Below, one piece after another: positions 37,964-46,908 of a stretch of 64,000 nucleotides of DNA. Under the pieces are notes generated by a model. The model searched no databases. It worked only from the letters and a program-made list of their open reading frames with translations, and was not told where the DNA came from. Source of the stretch: Kiloniellales bacterium (lineage in GTDB: Bacteria > Pseudomonadota > Alphaproteobacteria > Kiloniellales > JAKSDN01); NCBI GenBank assembly GCA_028280455.1, contig JANQLT010000105.1, positions 4,077 through 68,076 on the forward strand. Reading direction: 5' to 3'. The translations under genes and the position numbers were made by a program. Every line of letters starts with the position of its first letter. Within the stretch, counting starts at the first letter, position 1.

Positions 37964-39397
37964 ATGACGATCGTTCTGGAGAGCCGTGCGGACTTGACCC
38001 TGGACGCCTACTACCGGGCCGCCTGGACCGGGGAGGGGGTCCGCTTCCACGAGCGCGCCCTGGCCCGCATGGCCGCGTGCCGCGAGTCCTTCATGCGGCT
38101 GATCGACAGCGACGAGTCGATCGTCATCTACGGCGTGACCACCGGCTACGGCCAGCACGCCAGCCATCGCCTCTCGCCCGAGGAGCGCAAGGCGCACGCG
38201 GCGCGGATACCGCTCGCCACCCTGACCTCGTTCGGCGAGCCGTTGCCGGAGCGGGTCAGCCGCGGGATCGTCTTCGCCCGCCTGACCAACTTCGTCGAGG
38301 GCCACGCGGCCATCACGCCGCCCCTGGCCGAGGCCGTCGCCGCCATGCTCGACGGCGAGACCCTGCCGCCGGTGCCGGCCCTCGGCAACGGCTGCCCGGG
38401 CGAGATATTGGCGTTGGGTCATCTTTTCGTGCCCCTGGCCCGCGACTTCGAGCTCGGCGAAAAGGACAGTCTGTCTCTGGTCAACGGCAGCCCCTGCGCC
38501 AGCGCCCTGCTGGCCGACGGCGCGCTGGCGGCGCGCGGCCGCCTGGCCCTGGCCGTGCAGGTCTTCGCCCTGGCGGCCGAAGCGCTGATGGCGCCCCTGG
38601 GGCACTACGACGCGGCGCTCGACGGGCTTTGGGAGGACCCGCACGAGGCCGAGGCCCTGCGCGGCCTGCGCCATTGGATGGCGGGCGGCCAAGAGGATCG
38701 TCGCTACTACCAGGCGCCGGTCTCCTGGCGCATCGTGCCGCGGATTCTCGGCCAGGCGGCGCGCGCCGCCGCCCAGGCCGAGGAGGCGGCCGAGATCTCC
38801 CTGCGCGCGGTCTCCGACAACCCGGTCTATATCCCGCCCGACGCCGACCACCCGCACGGCCGCGCCATCTCCACCGGCGGCTACCACAACGCCAAGGCGG
38901 CGCCGGCGCTGGACAACCTGGCCGCGTCCTGGGCCGACCTGGCGCTGCTCTGCGACCGCCAGGTCTCCAAGCTGCTCGACGGCAACATCTCGCAGCTACC
39001 GAATCAGCTTCTGATGGGCGAGGCCGCCTATCTGGGCTGCCTGGGCATGACCTCGGTGGCGCTCGCCGAGCAGGCCCGCAGCGCCGCCCAGCGGACCTTC
39101 CTGCCCGGCAGCGAGGGCGGCGGCTTCGGCCAGAACGACGTCGCCGTGCCGACCTTCCTGGCCTGGCGCAAGGAGGCCGAGGCCGGTCGCTGCCTCGACG
39201 CGGCCCTGGCGGTGCTCGCGGCCGTCGCCAGCCAGGCCTTCGCGGTGACCGACCGCGCGCCGCCGGCCCGCCTGGCGCCGATGATCGAGGAGCTGCGCGA
39301 CCTCTTCCCGCTGGTCCGCGAGCCCCGCGCCCTCGGGCCGGATGCCGAGCGCCTGCAGGCCGCCTTCACGGCCAAGGTCTTCCAGGCCGCCGCCTGA
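37964..39397 (+). CDS. Histidine/aromatic amino acid ammonia-lyase superfamily protein lacking the canonical ASG (MIO) motif
   Basis: IYGVTTGYG, KDSLSLVNG, YQAPVSWR..P, SDNP, GG.HN, GQND; GNGCPGEI where GSVGASGDL is expected. Confidence 0.82.
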   Translation: MTIVLESRADLTLDAYYRAAWTGEGVRFHERALARMAACRESFMRLIDSDESIVIYGVTTGYGQHASHRLSPEERKAHAARIPLATLTSFGEPLPERVSRGIVFARLTNFVEGHAAITPPLAEAVAAMLDGETLPPVPALGNGCPGEILALGHLFVPLARDFELGEKDSLSLVNGSPCASALLADGALAARGRLALAVQVFALAAEALMAPLGHYDAALDGLWEDPHEAEALRGLRHWMAGGQEDRRYYQAPVSWRIVPRILGQAARAAAQAEEAAEISLRAVSDNPVYIPPDADHPHGRAISTGGYHNAKAAPALDNLAASWADLALLCDRQVSKLLDGNISQLPNQLLMGEAAYLGCLGMTSVALAEQARSAAQRTFLPGSEGGGFGQNDVAVPTFLAWRKEAEAGRCLDAALAVLAAVASQAFAVTDRAPPARLAPMIEELRDLFPLVREPRALGPDAERLQAAFTAKVFQAAA

Positions 39398-39504
39398 GTC
39401 ACCGACGGTCAACCATGCGCGCGCATGCCACAATATTGTCCTTTCGCCGTCGTGGGTTGGCCCTTAGAGTCCCGGCGTCCACGCGCGCGCTCTCGTGACT
39501 GGAG

Positions 39505-39963
39505 ATGGCCATGGCGACCGCCCCGGGGAAACCAGCTCAACGACCTGACTCGGGCCAGGGGCCGAGCCCCGTGCTGCCCCGGCCGCCCGGCGCCTCGGTG
39601 GTCGGCCTGCCGGGCCCGCGCCCGGGCCGCGCCACGGCGACCGGCGAGGGCGTCCTGGTCATCGGCCGCGAGATCGAGGTCAAGGGCGAGATCGGCTCCT
39701 GCCGCATCCTGGTGGTCGAGGGCCGGCTCGAGGCCTCGGTCGAGGTCGGCTCCCTGGAGCTGGCCCGCTCCGGCGTGGTCGACGGCGAGGCCGAGGTCGA
39801 GCCCGCCGACATCGCCGGCCACTTCGACGGCGAGCTGACGGCACGCGGCGAGCTGCGCCTGCGCCCGACCGCCCGGGTCAAGGGCAAGATCCGCTACGGC
39901 CAGATCGTCATCGAGGCCGGCGGCGAGATCTCCGGCGACGTCGCGGTCCTGCCGAAGAACTGA
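39505..39963 (+). CDS. Bactofilin (polymer-forming cytoskeletal protein)
   Basis: LVIGREIEVKGEI, LVVEG, V.G.I.Y..IVIEAGGEISGDV. Confidence 0.85.
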   Translation: MAMATAPGKPAQRPDSGQGPSPVLPRPPGASVVGLPGPRPGRATATGEGVLVIGREIEVKGEIGSCRILVVEGRLEASVEVGSLELARSGVVDGEAEVEPADIAGHFDGELTARGELRLRPTARVKGKIRYGQIVIEAGGEISGDVAVLPKN

Positions 39964-40059
39964 GGCAGCGCTGGCCAAGCCGGCTGCTTCCTTCGCTTAG
40001 CTCATGCTTCGTCAGGCTCAGCATAAGGGCGTGTGAGGCCAGGCCTCGCTAGCAGGGCC

Positions 40060-40998
40060 TCACCCTGAGCTTGACGAAGGGCGAGGCCCGGCCTGCCGGC
40101 TGCGGCCTAGGGAGCCGAGGATCTCCCGGTGCACGGCGATGTAGCCCGGCGCCGAGACCGCGATCAGCGGCGCGATGTGACCATGGGCCGCCGGCAGGGC
40201 GTGGAAGGGCACGGCCGGGTAGGCGTGGTGCTCGACGTGGAACGGCATGTTCCAGGCCAGCCAGCGGACCAGGGCGTTGCTCCTGGTGGTCCGGCTGTTG
40301 CGCAGCATGTCCGGCACCAGCGGACAGAGCCCGTGCTCGGCCATCAGGTAGGCGCGCAGCGCCGGCTGGCAGAGCAGCATCGGGATGACCCAGAGCCAGA
40401 GCAGCAGCGCGCTGCCGGCCGCCAGGCTGACCGCCAGCAGGCCGAGGTAGAGCGCCCAGAGCAGCCGCGCCTCGCGGACGATCTTGGGGGCGAGGCGCGC
40501 CGGGATGAAGTTGGCGGCGGCGACGCCGCTGGCGTGCAGCAGGGAGGTCGAGATCCGCTCGCGCCAATAGGGCACGCCGGTTAGCTGCCAGAGATAGGCG
40601 CCCAGCGTCGCCGGCTTGGGCGTCGCCAGCTCCGGGTCGCGCACCGGGTCCTGGGTGAAGCGGTGATGGGCGAAGTGGAAGGCCCGGAAGTACTCCGGCG
40701 GCAGCACCAGCACCGCGCCGCAGACCCAGGCCACCGCGTCGTTGAGGGCTCGATTGTGAAAGGCCGTGCGGTGAATGGTCTCGTGCAGCGGCGCGAAGAG
40801 GAAGGTCAGCAGCAGCCCCTGGGCGACCAGCGCCGGCAGCAGCCAGAGCCCCTCGGCCAGCAGCAGCGCCGTCGTCGAGAGCGCGATGGCGCCCAGGTGG
40901 CTGCCGAGCTGCAGCAGCCCCTTGGCGTCCGAGCGCGTCGCCAGCGCCTTCAGCGCCGCCTTGTCGATCCCGCCCTTGGTGACGAAACTCTCTTCCAT
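40060..40998 (-). CDS. Fatty acid desaturase family (MocD-like) membrane di-iron protein
   Basis: His boxes HETIH, HFAHH, HVEHH. Confidence 0.87.
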   Translation of the reverse strand: MEESFVTKGGIDKAALKALATRSDAKGLLQLGSHLGAIALSTTALLLAEGLWLLPALVAQGLLLTFLFAPLHETIHRTAFHNRALNDAVAWVCGAVLVLPPEYFRAFHFAHHRFTQDPVRDPELATPKPATLGAYLWQLTGVPYWRERISTSLLHASGVAAANFIPARLAPKIVREARLLWALYLGLLAVSLAAGSALLLWLWVIPMLLCQPALRAYLMAEHGLCPLVPDMLRNSRTTRSNALVRWLAWNMPFHVEHHAYPAVPFHALPAAHGHIAPLIAVSAPGYIAVHREILGSLGRSRQAGPRPSSSSG

Positions 40999-41774
40999 GA
41001 CGCCAGTCTACGTCTACGCGCGCCGATCGTCAGGCCCTGGGGACAGCACTTCGAAAGCCGCGAGACCGCCGCCATGAAGCCGCCAGTGGGACAGACCGAC
41101 GTCGACGTCGCTTGGGGCTTGAACGGTCTCCAGTCCCTGGCGCCGACCAGCGACGTCGTGGTTATCGTCGATGTTCTCTCCTTCTCGACCGCCGTCGATA
41201 TCGCGGTCGGTCGTGGCGCGGTCATCCTCCCCTATCCCTATGACGAGGCGAGCGCCCCGACCTTCGCCGAGGAGCAGAATGCCGTCCTGGCGCAGCCGCG
41301 CCGGGCCGGCGGCGGTCAGCTAAGCCTCTCGCCGAGCAGCCTGGAGTCTCTCGTGCCGGGCACGCGCCTCGTCTTGCCGTCGCCCAACGGCTCGATGCTG
41401 TCTCGCGAGACCGGGAGCTTGCCGACCCTGGCCGGCTGCCTGCGCAACACGAGCGCTGTCGCTCGACAGGCCTTGTCGCTCGGCCGCTCGATCGCCGTCA
41501 TCGCGGCGGGCGAGCGCTGGCCCGACGGCAGCCTGCGGCCTGCGCTCGAGGATCTTCTGGGGGCCGGCGCCATCGTCGATCGGGCGATTGTGTACTTAAC
41601 AAATGCAGAACCGAGACCCACATAGAGACGGACAGGCCGGCGCACGATACCTGGGGCACTCCCTCCCCACTGGTATGAGCTTGGAGTGTGCCTCCGATCT
41701 CGTATGGTTGATCGCGGAACATGAGCGGCTGAACCACTATAATGACGATGACGCGCCGGAGCCCATTCAGACAG

Positions 41775-42320
41775 CTATTCGGGTTTTCGCAGCCGTTCAA
41801 TCCCATCTGGCGTGAACAACTCGGACGAGATTTCCCAGAGCCATTTGTTGGCTGTGTTAGTCACTGCCGCGAAGCTCGAAACGCTTTTGAGCGACGTCTT
41901 GTGAAGCTTGATCTTGAAGTTCCCATCTCCCTCGAATCGGAGGGATCGAAAGGTGAGCGTTTCAGTGTCGGGACTATAGCCCTCAAGAATCGAGTGCAGC
42001 ATAGCGTTTCGCTCTGCCCCAAGGCTCTTTAGCCGCGAAGTTAGGTCACGGATATCCTGGGTTCGTTCCTTCAAGGCAGGGTGCTGGTTGAACCATCGCT
42101 TTAGCATTTTGATCTTGTTGCCAAACGCGATGGGATGTTCGGGGTTGTACAGTTCCTCAGAATGCTGGGCTTTGTTAAGCTGAAACAGCAGTGCGTCTAT
42201 CTGCTGCTCTAACCGAGCCCAGGCAGCGGCCGCATGCCCGAGGGCAATCCATGCTTGGCCAGCTTGGTCGGGGTTGTCGATTGGACCGCCAGTGAACTGG
42301 AATGTGTAGAGATCATCCAT
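41775..42320 (-). CDS. IS passenger, helical protein with HEPN-like RxxxxH motif
   Basis: ALG......WARLE helix and ERNAMLHS. Confidence 0.65.
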   Translation of the reverse strand: MDDLYTFQFTGGPIDNPDQAGQAWIALGHAAAAWARLEQQIDALLFQLNKAQHSEELYNPEHPIAFGNKIKMLKRWFNQHPALKERTQDIRDLTSRLKSLGAERNAMLHSILEGYSPDTETLTFRSLRFEGDGNFKIKLHKTSLKSVSSFAAVTNTANKWLWEISSELFTPDGIERLRKPE

Positions 42321-42465
42321 GGCGAAATCTCCGAAGCAATCTGAGGATCAAGAGCGGCGCCCCCCGGAAGACGAAGTCTTGCGCCGGATGCTGAACACGC
42401 CGCCGAAGCCTCATAAGGATGAGCCGCCGAAGCGGCAGCCGGCCAAAAAGGACCGAGAAGACTGA
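42319..42465 (+). CDS. Small charged IS passenger peptide (48 aa), antisense to transposase
   Basis: ATG GCG AAA...TGA: MAKSPKQSEDQERRPPEDEVLRRMLNTPPKPHKDEPPKRQPAKKDRED; below ORF-track cutoff. Confidence 0.45.
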   Translation: MAKSPKQSEDQERRPPEDEVLRRMLNTPPKPHKDEPPKRQPAKKDRED

Positions 42466-42492
42466 TGGCCAGCGAATTGCGTAACGGCGCAG

Positions 42493-42732
42493 CTATTGCC
42501 AGCTTGGCGGAGCAGCCCCGCTCGCCGGCTTCTTCGATTCCCGAATCAGGGCTTCTCCGAGTTCGGTGGCTAGTTCACGGTCCAGCCCGATCACAACCGA
42601 TTCCATTTCGCCGCTGGCTAGTTTTTCCTGACTGGTTGCATAAGCCAAGAGAAGCGCGAGGTAGCCGCCCGGAAGTTCGCCAATCTTGAAAGTAGCTAGG
42701 CTGTGGATTGTGCTGCTGTCGTCACCGCTCAT
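42493..42732 (-). CDS. IS passenger hypothetical protein (79 aa)
   Basis: Co-oriented with transposase, GGGGGA RBS-like sequence upstream of ATG. Confidence 0.5.
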   Translation of the reverse strand: MSGDDSSTIHSLATFKIGELPGGYLALLLAYATSQEKLASGEMESVVIGLDRELATELGEALIRESKKPASGAAPPSWQ

Positions 42733-42806
42733 TACGTCCCCCTGTGACTTTGAGCCACAGACGGTAGCGCAGAACTAGCTCAGAGTCCCCAAAGGTAGTC
42801 TCGGGC

Positions 42807-43724
42807 TCAAGCCCCTGCTGCAATCGGCCGATATGTGAGGCGCTTCCCCTCAATGCCCTTAAGGGCAATGTCGGCGCGCTCACTATCTGAAATGTCTTTG
42901 TGGTTGAACCTGAAATCAAATTCGCCGAGGTAGCGTCTCAGGTGCTTCTGCGAGACGTGGTGATAGGTTCCCGTGATGCCGCGCTTGAGCAGCGAGAAGG
43001 CGCATTCAATCGTGTTCGTGTGCCAGAACGTGGCGCGGACATACTCTTTGGCCGAGTGGTTCACCGTGCCGTGGCCGGCAAACTCTTCGCCAGGGGCAGG
43101 GTAGACCGTGCTTTCGTCGGTCATGAGGTAGGAGCCGCGATCAATGTGGCTGACCATGATGGGGCGAAGGGTCTTGGACGTGACCTCGGGCACATGGAAC
43201 ATGCGTAGCTTGCCTTCGCGCTCGACCAAGCCCATCACCGCTTCTTTCTTGGGAGGGGGCGCAAAGGCACGGTTCTTGGCTTTGCCGCCGACGTAGGTTT
43301 CATCAACTTCAACGACCTTATTCTGTCCGCCGACAGGATCGGGCTTAGGGTCGCGCATAGCTTCCCTTATGCGGTGCGACATGAACCAAGCAGTCTTGTA
43401 GGTCACGCCCAGCATGCGAGCGAGCTGGTGGCTGCTGATCCCCTTCTTGGAAGAGTTGATCAGATGATTGGCCAGAAGCCACTTGTGCAAAGGCACCTTG
43501 GATCGTTCGAAGACGGTTCCGACCGTGACCGTAAACTGAGTCCTGCAATCACCACAGAACCACAGGCCGGGCCGCACCTTGGCCTTCTTGTTCGCCTTGA
43601 GCTTGCTTGCGTTGTCGATAGAGCCGCAGTGAGGGCAGACAGGGCCATCGGGCCATCTGATCTTCTCTAGGTGCTTCCTGGCGGCTGCCTCGGTCTTGAA
43701 GCGGGGTGCGGTAATGTCGGTCAT
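42807..43724 (-). CDS. IS1595-family (ISXO2-like DDE) transposase with zinc ribbon
   Basis: RWPDGPVCPHCG, C..CR.QFTVTVGTVF, VEVDETYVGG, MTDE, VNHS..EYV, HTNTIE, YL.EFDFRFN. Confidence 0.95.
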   Translation of the reverse strand: MTDITAPRFKTEAAARKHLEKIRWPDGPVCPHCGSIDNASKLKANKKAKVRPGLWFCGDCRTQFTVTVGTVFERSKVPLHKWLLANHLINSSKKGISSHQLARMLGVTYKTAWFMSHRIREAMRDPKPDPVGGQNKVVEVDETYVGGKAKNRAFAPPPKKEAVMGLVEREGKLRMFHVPEVTSKTLRPIMVSHIDRGSYLMTDESTVYPAPGEEFAGHGTVNHSAKEYVRATFWHTNTIECAFSLLKRGITGTYHHVSQKHLRRYLGEFDFRFNHKDISDSERADIALKGIEGKRLTYRPIAAGA

Positions 43725-44054
43725 GGCTTATCTCCCTGATATCTAATAGATAGTCAGGAATATGCGTTTGTCAAGTACACAATCGCCGTCGATCGCCTGG
43801 GCGGCCGGCCATCGCCGGACGCGGCGGCACTGGCTGCCGGCTATGGCGCGCTGCGCGGCCAGCTCGGTGAAGCCGTCCAGGCCTCCACGTCGGGTCAGGA
43901 GCTGATCCTAGCCGGCTTCACCGGCGATGTCGCGCTGGCGGTCGAAGAGGACGTCAGCGGGGTTGCGCCGTTGCTGCGCAATGGCGCTTATGTCGATGCT
44001 GCCAAAGGCGCGACGGGCCAGCCCGGCGACGCGCCCTAGACCGAGGAGCCGCCC

Positions 44055-44450
44055 ATGCGCCCGAGCATCGACCAGTCCATCGTCTTCACCTACACGGACG
44101 ACCTGCCGGCCGCCTCGACCTTCTTTCGCGAGGTCATGGAGCTGGAGCTGGTGGTCGATCAGGGCCGCTGCCGGATCTTCCGGCTGACGCCCGAGAGCTT
44201 CCTCGGCGTCTGCGACCTGCCGCACAAGGCCGACGAGAAGTCGGGCGTGATGATCACCATCGTCACCGACGACGTCGACGGCTGGCACGACTTCCTGACC
44301 GCGAAGGGCGTCGTCTACGTCAAGGGCCCGCTGCACCGGCCGGAATTCGGCATCTACACCTCGCTCTTCGTCTCGCCCCACGGCTACCAGATCGAGATCC
44401 AGAAATTCGACGATTCCCAATGGCATAAGGGCGCTCTGCCCAATGCCTAG
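44055..44450 (+). CDS. VOC/glyoxalase family protein
   Basis: DL.AA..FF.EV..L, VTDDVD.W...L, F.SPHGY.IEIQ; GAGGAG RBS. Confidence 0.82.
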   Translation: MRPSIDQSIVFTYTDDLPAASTFFREVMELELVVDQGRCRIFRLTPESFLGVCDLPHKADEKSGVMITIVTDDVDGWHDFLTAKGVVYVKGPLHRPEFGIYTSLFVSPHGYQIEIQKFDDSQWHKGALPNA

Positions 44451-44576
44451 GCAGTCTTTGGGGCGATCTTTGAGGCTGGATCCGGCCGGCCGCTTGCCGC
44501 TCCGGGTCGCAGGCGATAGACCTTGCGGCAAGCCCGAAAGGGGCAGGCGCAAGGCTACCAAGAGGTGTTACCAGGC

Positions 44577-46238
44577 ATGTCGGATTCCGTCGTCGCGTTC
44601 CCCGTCCCGTCGTCGCCAGAGCTCAGCAAGGCGGCCCAGTTCCGCGCCCTGCTGAAGGACCCGGCGCTCGCCTTCATCATGGAGGCGCACAACGGCCTCT
44701 CGGCCAAGATCGCCGAGGAGGCCGGCTTCAAGGGCATCTGGGCCTCAGGCCTGTCGCTCGCCACGGCCATGGGCGTGCGCGACCGCAACGAGGCCTCCTG
44801 GACCCAGGTGATCGACGTCCTGGAGTTCATGTCCGACGCCACCTCGATCCCGATCATGCTCGACGGCGACACCGGCTACGGCGACTTCAACAACTTCCGC
44901 CGGCTGGTGACCAAGCTCTGCCAGCGCGACATCGCCGCGGTCTGCATCGAGGACAAGATCTTCCCCAAGACCAACTCCTTCGTCGCCGGCGACCAGTCCC
45001 TGGCCGACATCGACGAGTTCTGCGGCAAGATCAAGGCCGGCAAGGACAGCCAGAGCGACGAGGACTTCTCGGTCGTTGCGCGCATCGAGGCGCTGATCGC
45101 CGGCTGGGGCCTGGACGAGGCCCTGAAGCGCGCCGAGGCCTATCACGCCGCCGGTGCCGACGCCCTGTTGATCCACTCCAAGAAGAGCGGGCCCGACGAG
45201 ATCCTCGCCTTCGCGCGCGAGTGGGGCAACCGCTGCCCGGTGGTGATCGTGCCGACCACCTACTACGCGACGCCGACCGAGCGCTTCCGCGACGCCGAGA
45301 TCTCGATGGTGATCTGGGCCAACCACAACCTGCGTGCCTCGATCACCGCCATGCGCGAGCTGAGCCAGCGCCTGCAGGCCGAGGAGAGCCTGCTCGGCAT
45401 CGAGGGCAGCGTGGCGCCCCTGGCCGAGGTCTTCGACCTGGCCGGCAACAAGGAGCTGGCCGAGGCGGAGCGCAAGTACATGGCGGCGCGCGCCGAGACC
45501 AAGGCGGTGGTGCTCGCCGCCTCGCGCGGCAGCGCCCTGGAGGCGCTGACCGAGGACCGGCCGAAGTGCATGCTCGACCTGCGCGGCGAGCCGCTGCTGC
45601 GACGCATGGTGCGCGGCTTCAACGACGCCGGCCTGCGCGACGTCACCGTGGTCTGCGGCTACAAGCAGGAGGCGGTCGACCTGCCGAACGTCAAGAAGGT
45701 GGTCAACGAGGCCTACGGCGAGACCGGCGAGCTGGCCTCCTTGGTCTGCGGCCTCGAGGACCTGGAGGGCCCGGCGCTGATCGCCTACGGCGACATCATC
45801 TTCGAGTCCTTCATCCTCGACCGGCTGCTGCAGAGCGAGGCCGACATCGCCCTGGTGGTCGACGCCAAGTGGCGCGAGCACCGCAAGGACGCGCCGAAGC
45901 ACGCGCCCGACCTGGTGATCTGCGACCGGCCCTTCGGCGAGGACCTGCTGCTCGACGAGGCGCCGGTGCTCCTGCAGGGCTTCGAGGGCCTGATCGCCCG
46001 CGACGTCGCCCACGGCGAGTGGATCGGCCTGGCCAAGGTCTCCGCCAAGGGCCTGGCCCTGCTGCGCAAGGCGATCGCCGCCATGGAGGCCGACGGCGGC
46101 GTGGCCCGCGCCGACCTGCCGGACCTCTTCAACCGGCTCATCCGCGACGGCGCCCGCCCCGAGGTGATCTACATCGCCGGCCATTGGCTCGACGTCAACG
46201 ACGCCTTCGACCTGGCCTGGGCCCGCAACGTGCTGTGA
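44577..46238 (+). CDS. aepX: Phosphoenolpyruvate mutase fused to a C-terminal nucleotidyltransferase (PntC-like) domain
   Basis: [16 protein letters not shown], PepM signature [10 protein letters not shown]; C-terminal [22 protein letters not shown]. Confidence 0.92.
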   Translation: MSDSVVAFPVPSSPELSKAAQFRALLKDPALAFIMEAHNGLSAKIAEEAGFKGIWASGLSLATAMGVRDRNEASWTQVIDVLEFMSDATSIPIMLDGDTGYGDFNNFRRLVTKLCQRDIAAVCIEDKIFPKTNSFVAGDQSLADIDEFCGKIKAGKDSQSDEDFSVVARIEALIAGWGLDEALKRAEAYHAAGADALLIHSKKSGPDEILAFAREWGNRCPVVIVPTTYYATPTERFRDAEISMVIWANHNLRASITAMRELSQRLQAEESLLGIEGSVAPLAEVFDLAGNKELAEAERKYMAARAETKAVVLAASRGSALEALTEDRPKCMLDLRGEPLLRRMVRGFNDAGLRDVTVVCGYKQEAVDLPNVKKVVNEAYGETGELASLVCGLEDLEGPALIAYGDIIFESFILDRLLQSEADIALVVDAKWREHRKDAPKHAPDLVICDRPFGEDLLLDEAPVLLQGFEGLIARDVAHGEWIGLAKVSAKGLALLRKAIAAMEADGGVARADLPDLFNRLIRDGARPEVIYIAGHWLDVNDAFDLAWARNVL

Positions 46239-46280
46239 TCCCGGTGAGCAGGCGCAGCTTGTCAGGCGTCGAGAGAACGT

Positions 46281-46415
46281 TCCCTCCCCCCGCGAGGGGG
46301 AGGGCTAGGGAGGGGGGCGGCTGGGCAATCGGCCCGGCCTTCCATGAAGAGTCTCTTAGATCGGCGGACGCCGATCGCCCCCCTCCTCGATCCTCCCCCT
46401 CGAGGGGGGAGGAGG
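46281..46415. repeat. Inverted pair of REP-like CCCTCCCCC-N-GGGGGAGG hairpins
   Basis: TCCCTCCCCCCGCGAGGGGGAGGGCTAGGGAGGGGGG and its near reverse complement about 60 nt downstream. Confidence 0.7.
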
Positions 46416-46455
46416 CTTGCCGGTTTCGGCATGAAGTCTCCGTGGACGCCGGCCC

Positions 46456-46908
46456 GTGACCGAGGTCCGCTTCTACCACCTGACCCGCACCAGCCTGGAA
46501 GGCGCGCTGCCGCCGATGCTGGAGAAGACGCTGGAGCGCGGCCAGCGGGCGGTGGTGATCGGCGGCTCGGAGGAGCGGGTCGAGGCGCTGAGCAGCCACC
46601 TCTGGACCTACCGCGACCGCAGCTTCCTGCCGCACGGCAGCGCCCGCGACGGCTACGCCGAGTTCCAGCCTGTCTGGCTGACGGCGCGCAACGAGAACCC
46701 CAACGGCGCCCAGGTGCTGTTCCTGACCGACGGCGCCAGCTCGCGCTCGCTCAGCAGCTACGCGCTCTGCGCCCTGCTGTTCGACGGCACCAACGAGCCG
46801 GCCCTGCAAGCCGCCCGCGCCGAGTGGCGCCGCCTCAAGGAGGAGGGCCACGCGCTGACCTACTGGCAGCAGGACGACAACGGCCGCTGGGCGAAGAAGG
46901 AGAGCTAG
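46456..46908 (+). CDS. holC: DNA polymerase III chi subunit
   Basis: EVRFYHL, LLEK-like MLEKTLERG, LWTY...SFLPHG, QPVWLT, LLFDG, AR..WR, YWQQ. Confidence 0.92.
   Translation: MTEVRFYHLTRTSLEGALPPMLEKTLERGQRAVVIGGSEERVEALSSHLWTYRDRSFLPHGSARDGYAEFQPVWLTARNENPNGAQVLFLTDGASSRSLSSYALCALLFDGTNEPALQAARAEWRRLKEEGHALTYWQQDDNGRWAKKES

Larger units (their letters stand above)
41583..43787 (-). mobile_element. IS1595-family insertion sequence with passenger genes (2205 bp)
   Basis: 25-bp terminal inverted repeats GGCGATTGTGTACTT(A/G)ACAAA(T/C)GCA; 8-bp TSD GTCGATCG at 41575-41582 and 43788-43795; lower GC than flanks. Confidence 0.95.
41074..44039 (+). pseudogene. comB: 2-phosphosulfolactate phosphatase (ComB family) interrupted by IS1595
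   Basis: VIVDVLSFST, SPNGS, AGCLRN, AAGERW...RPALEDLLGAGAI up to 41582; frame resumes after IS (LGGRPSPDA...SGQEL...DV.LA) to TAG 44039. Confidence 0.85.

Noticed and set aside
37964-39397. hutH gene symbol
   Set aside because: The MIO-forming ASG motif is absent and no other hut genes are adjacent
41498-41815. Short ORFs at the left end of the IS (41498-41806 minus, 41603-41815 plus)
   Set aside because: One crosses the IS boundary; neither has a recognisable motif or clear RBS
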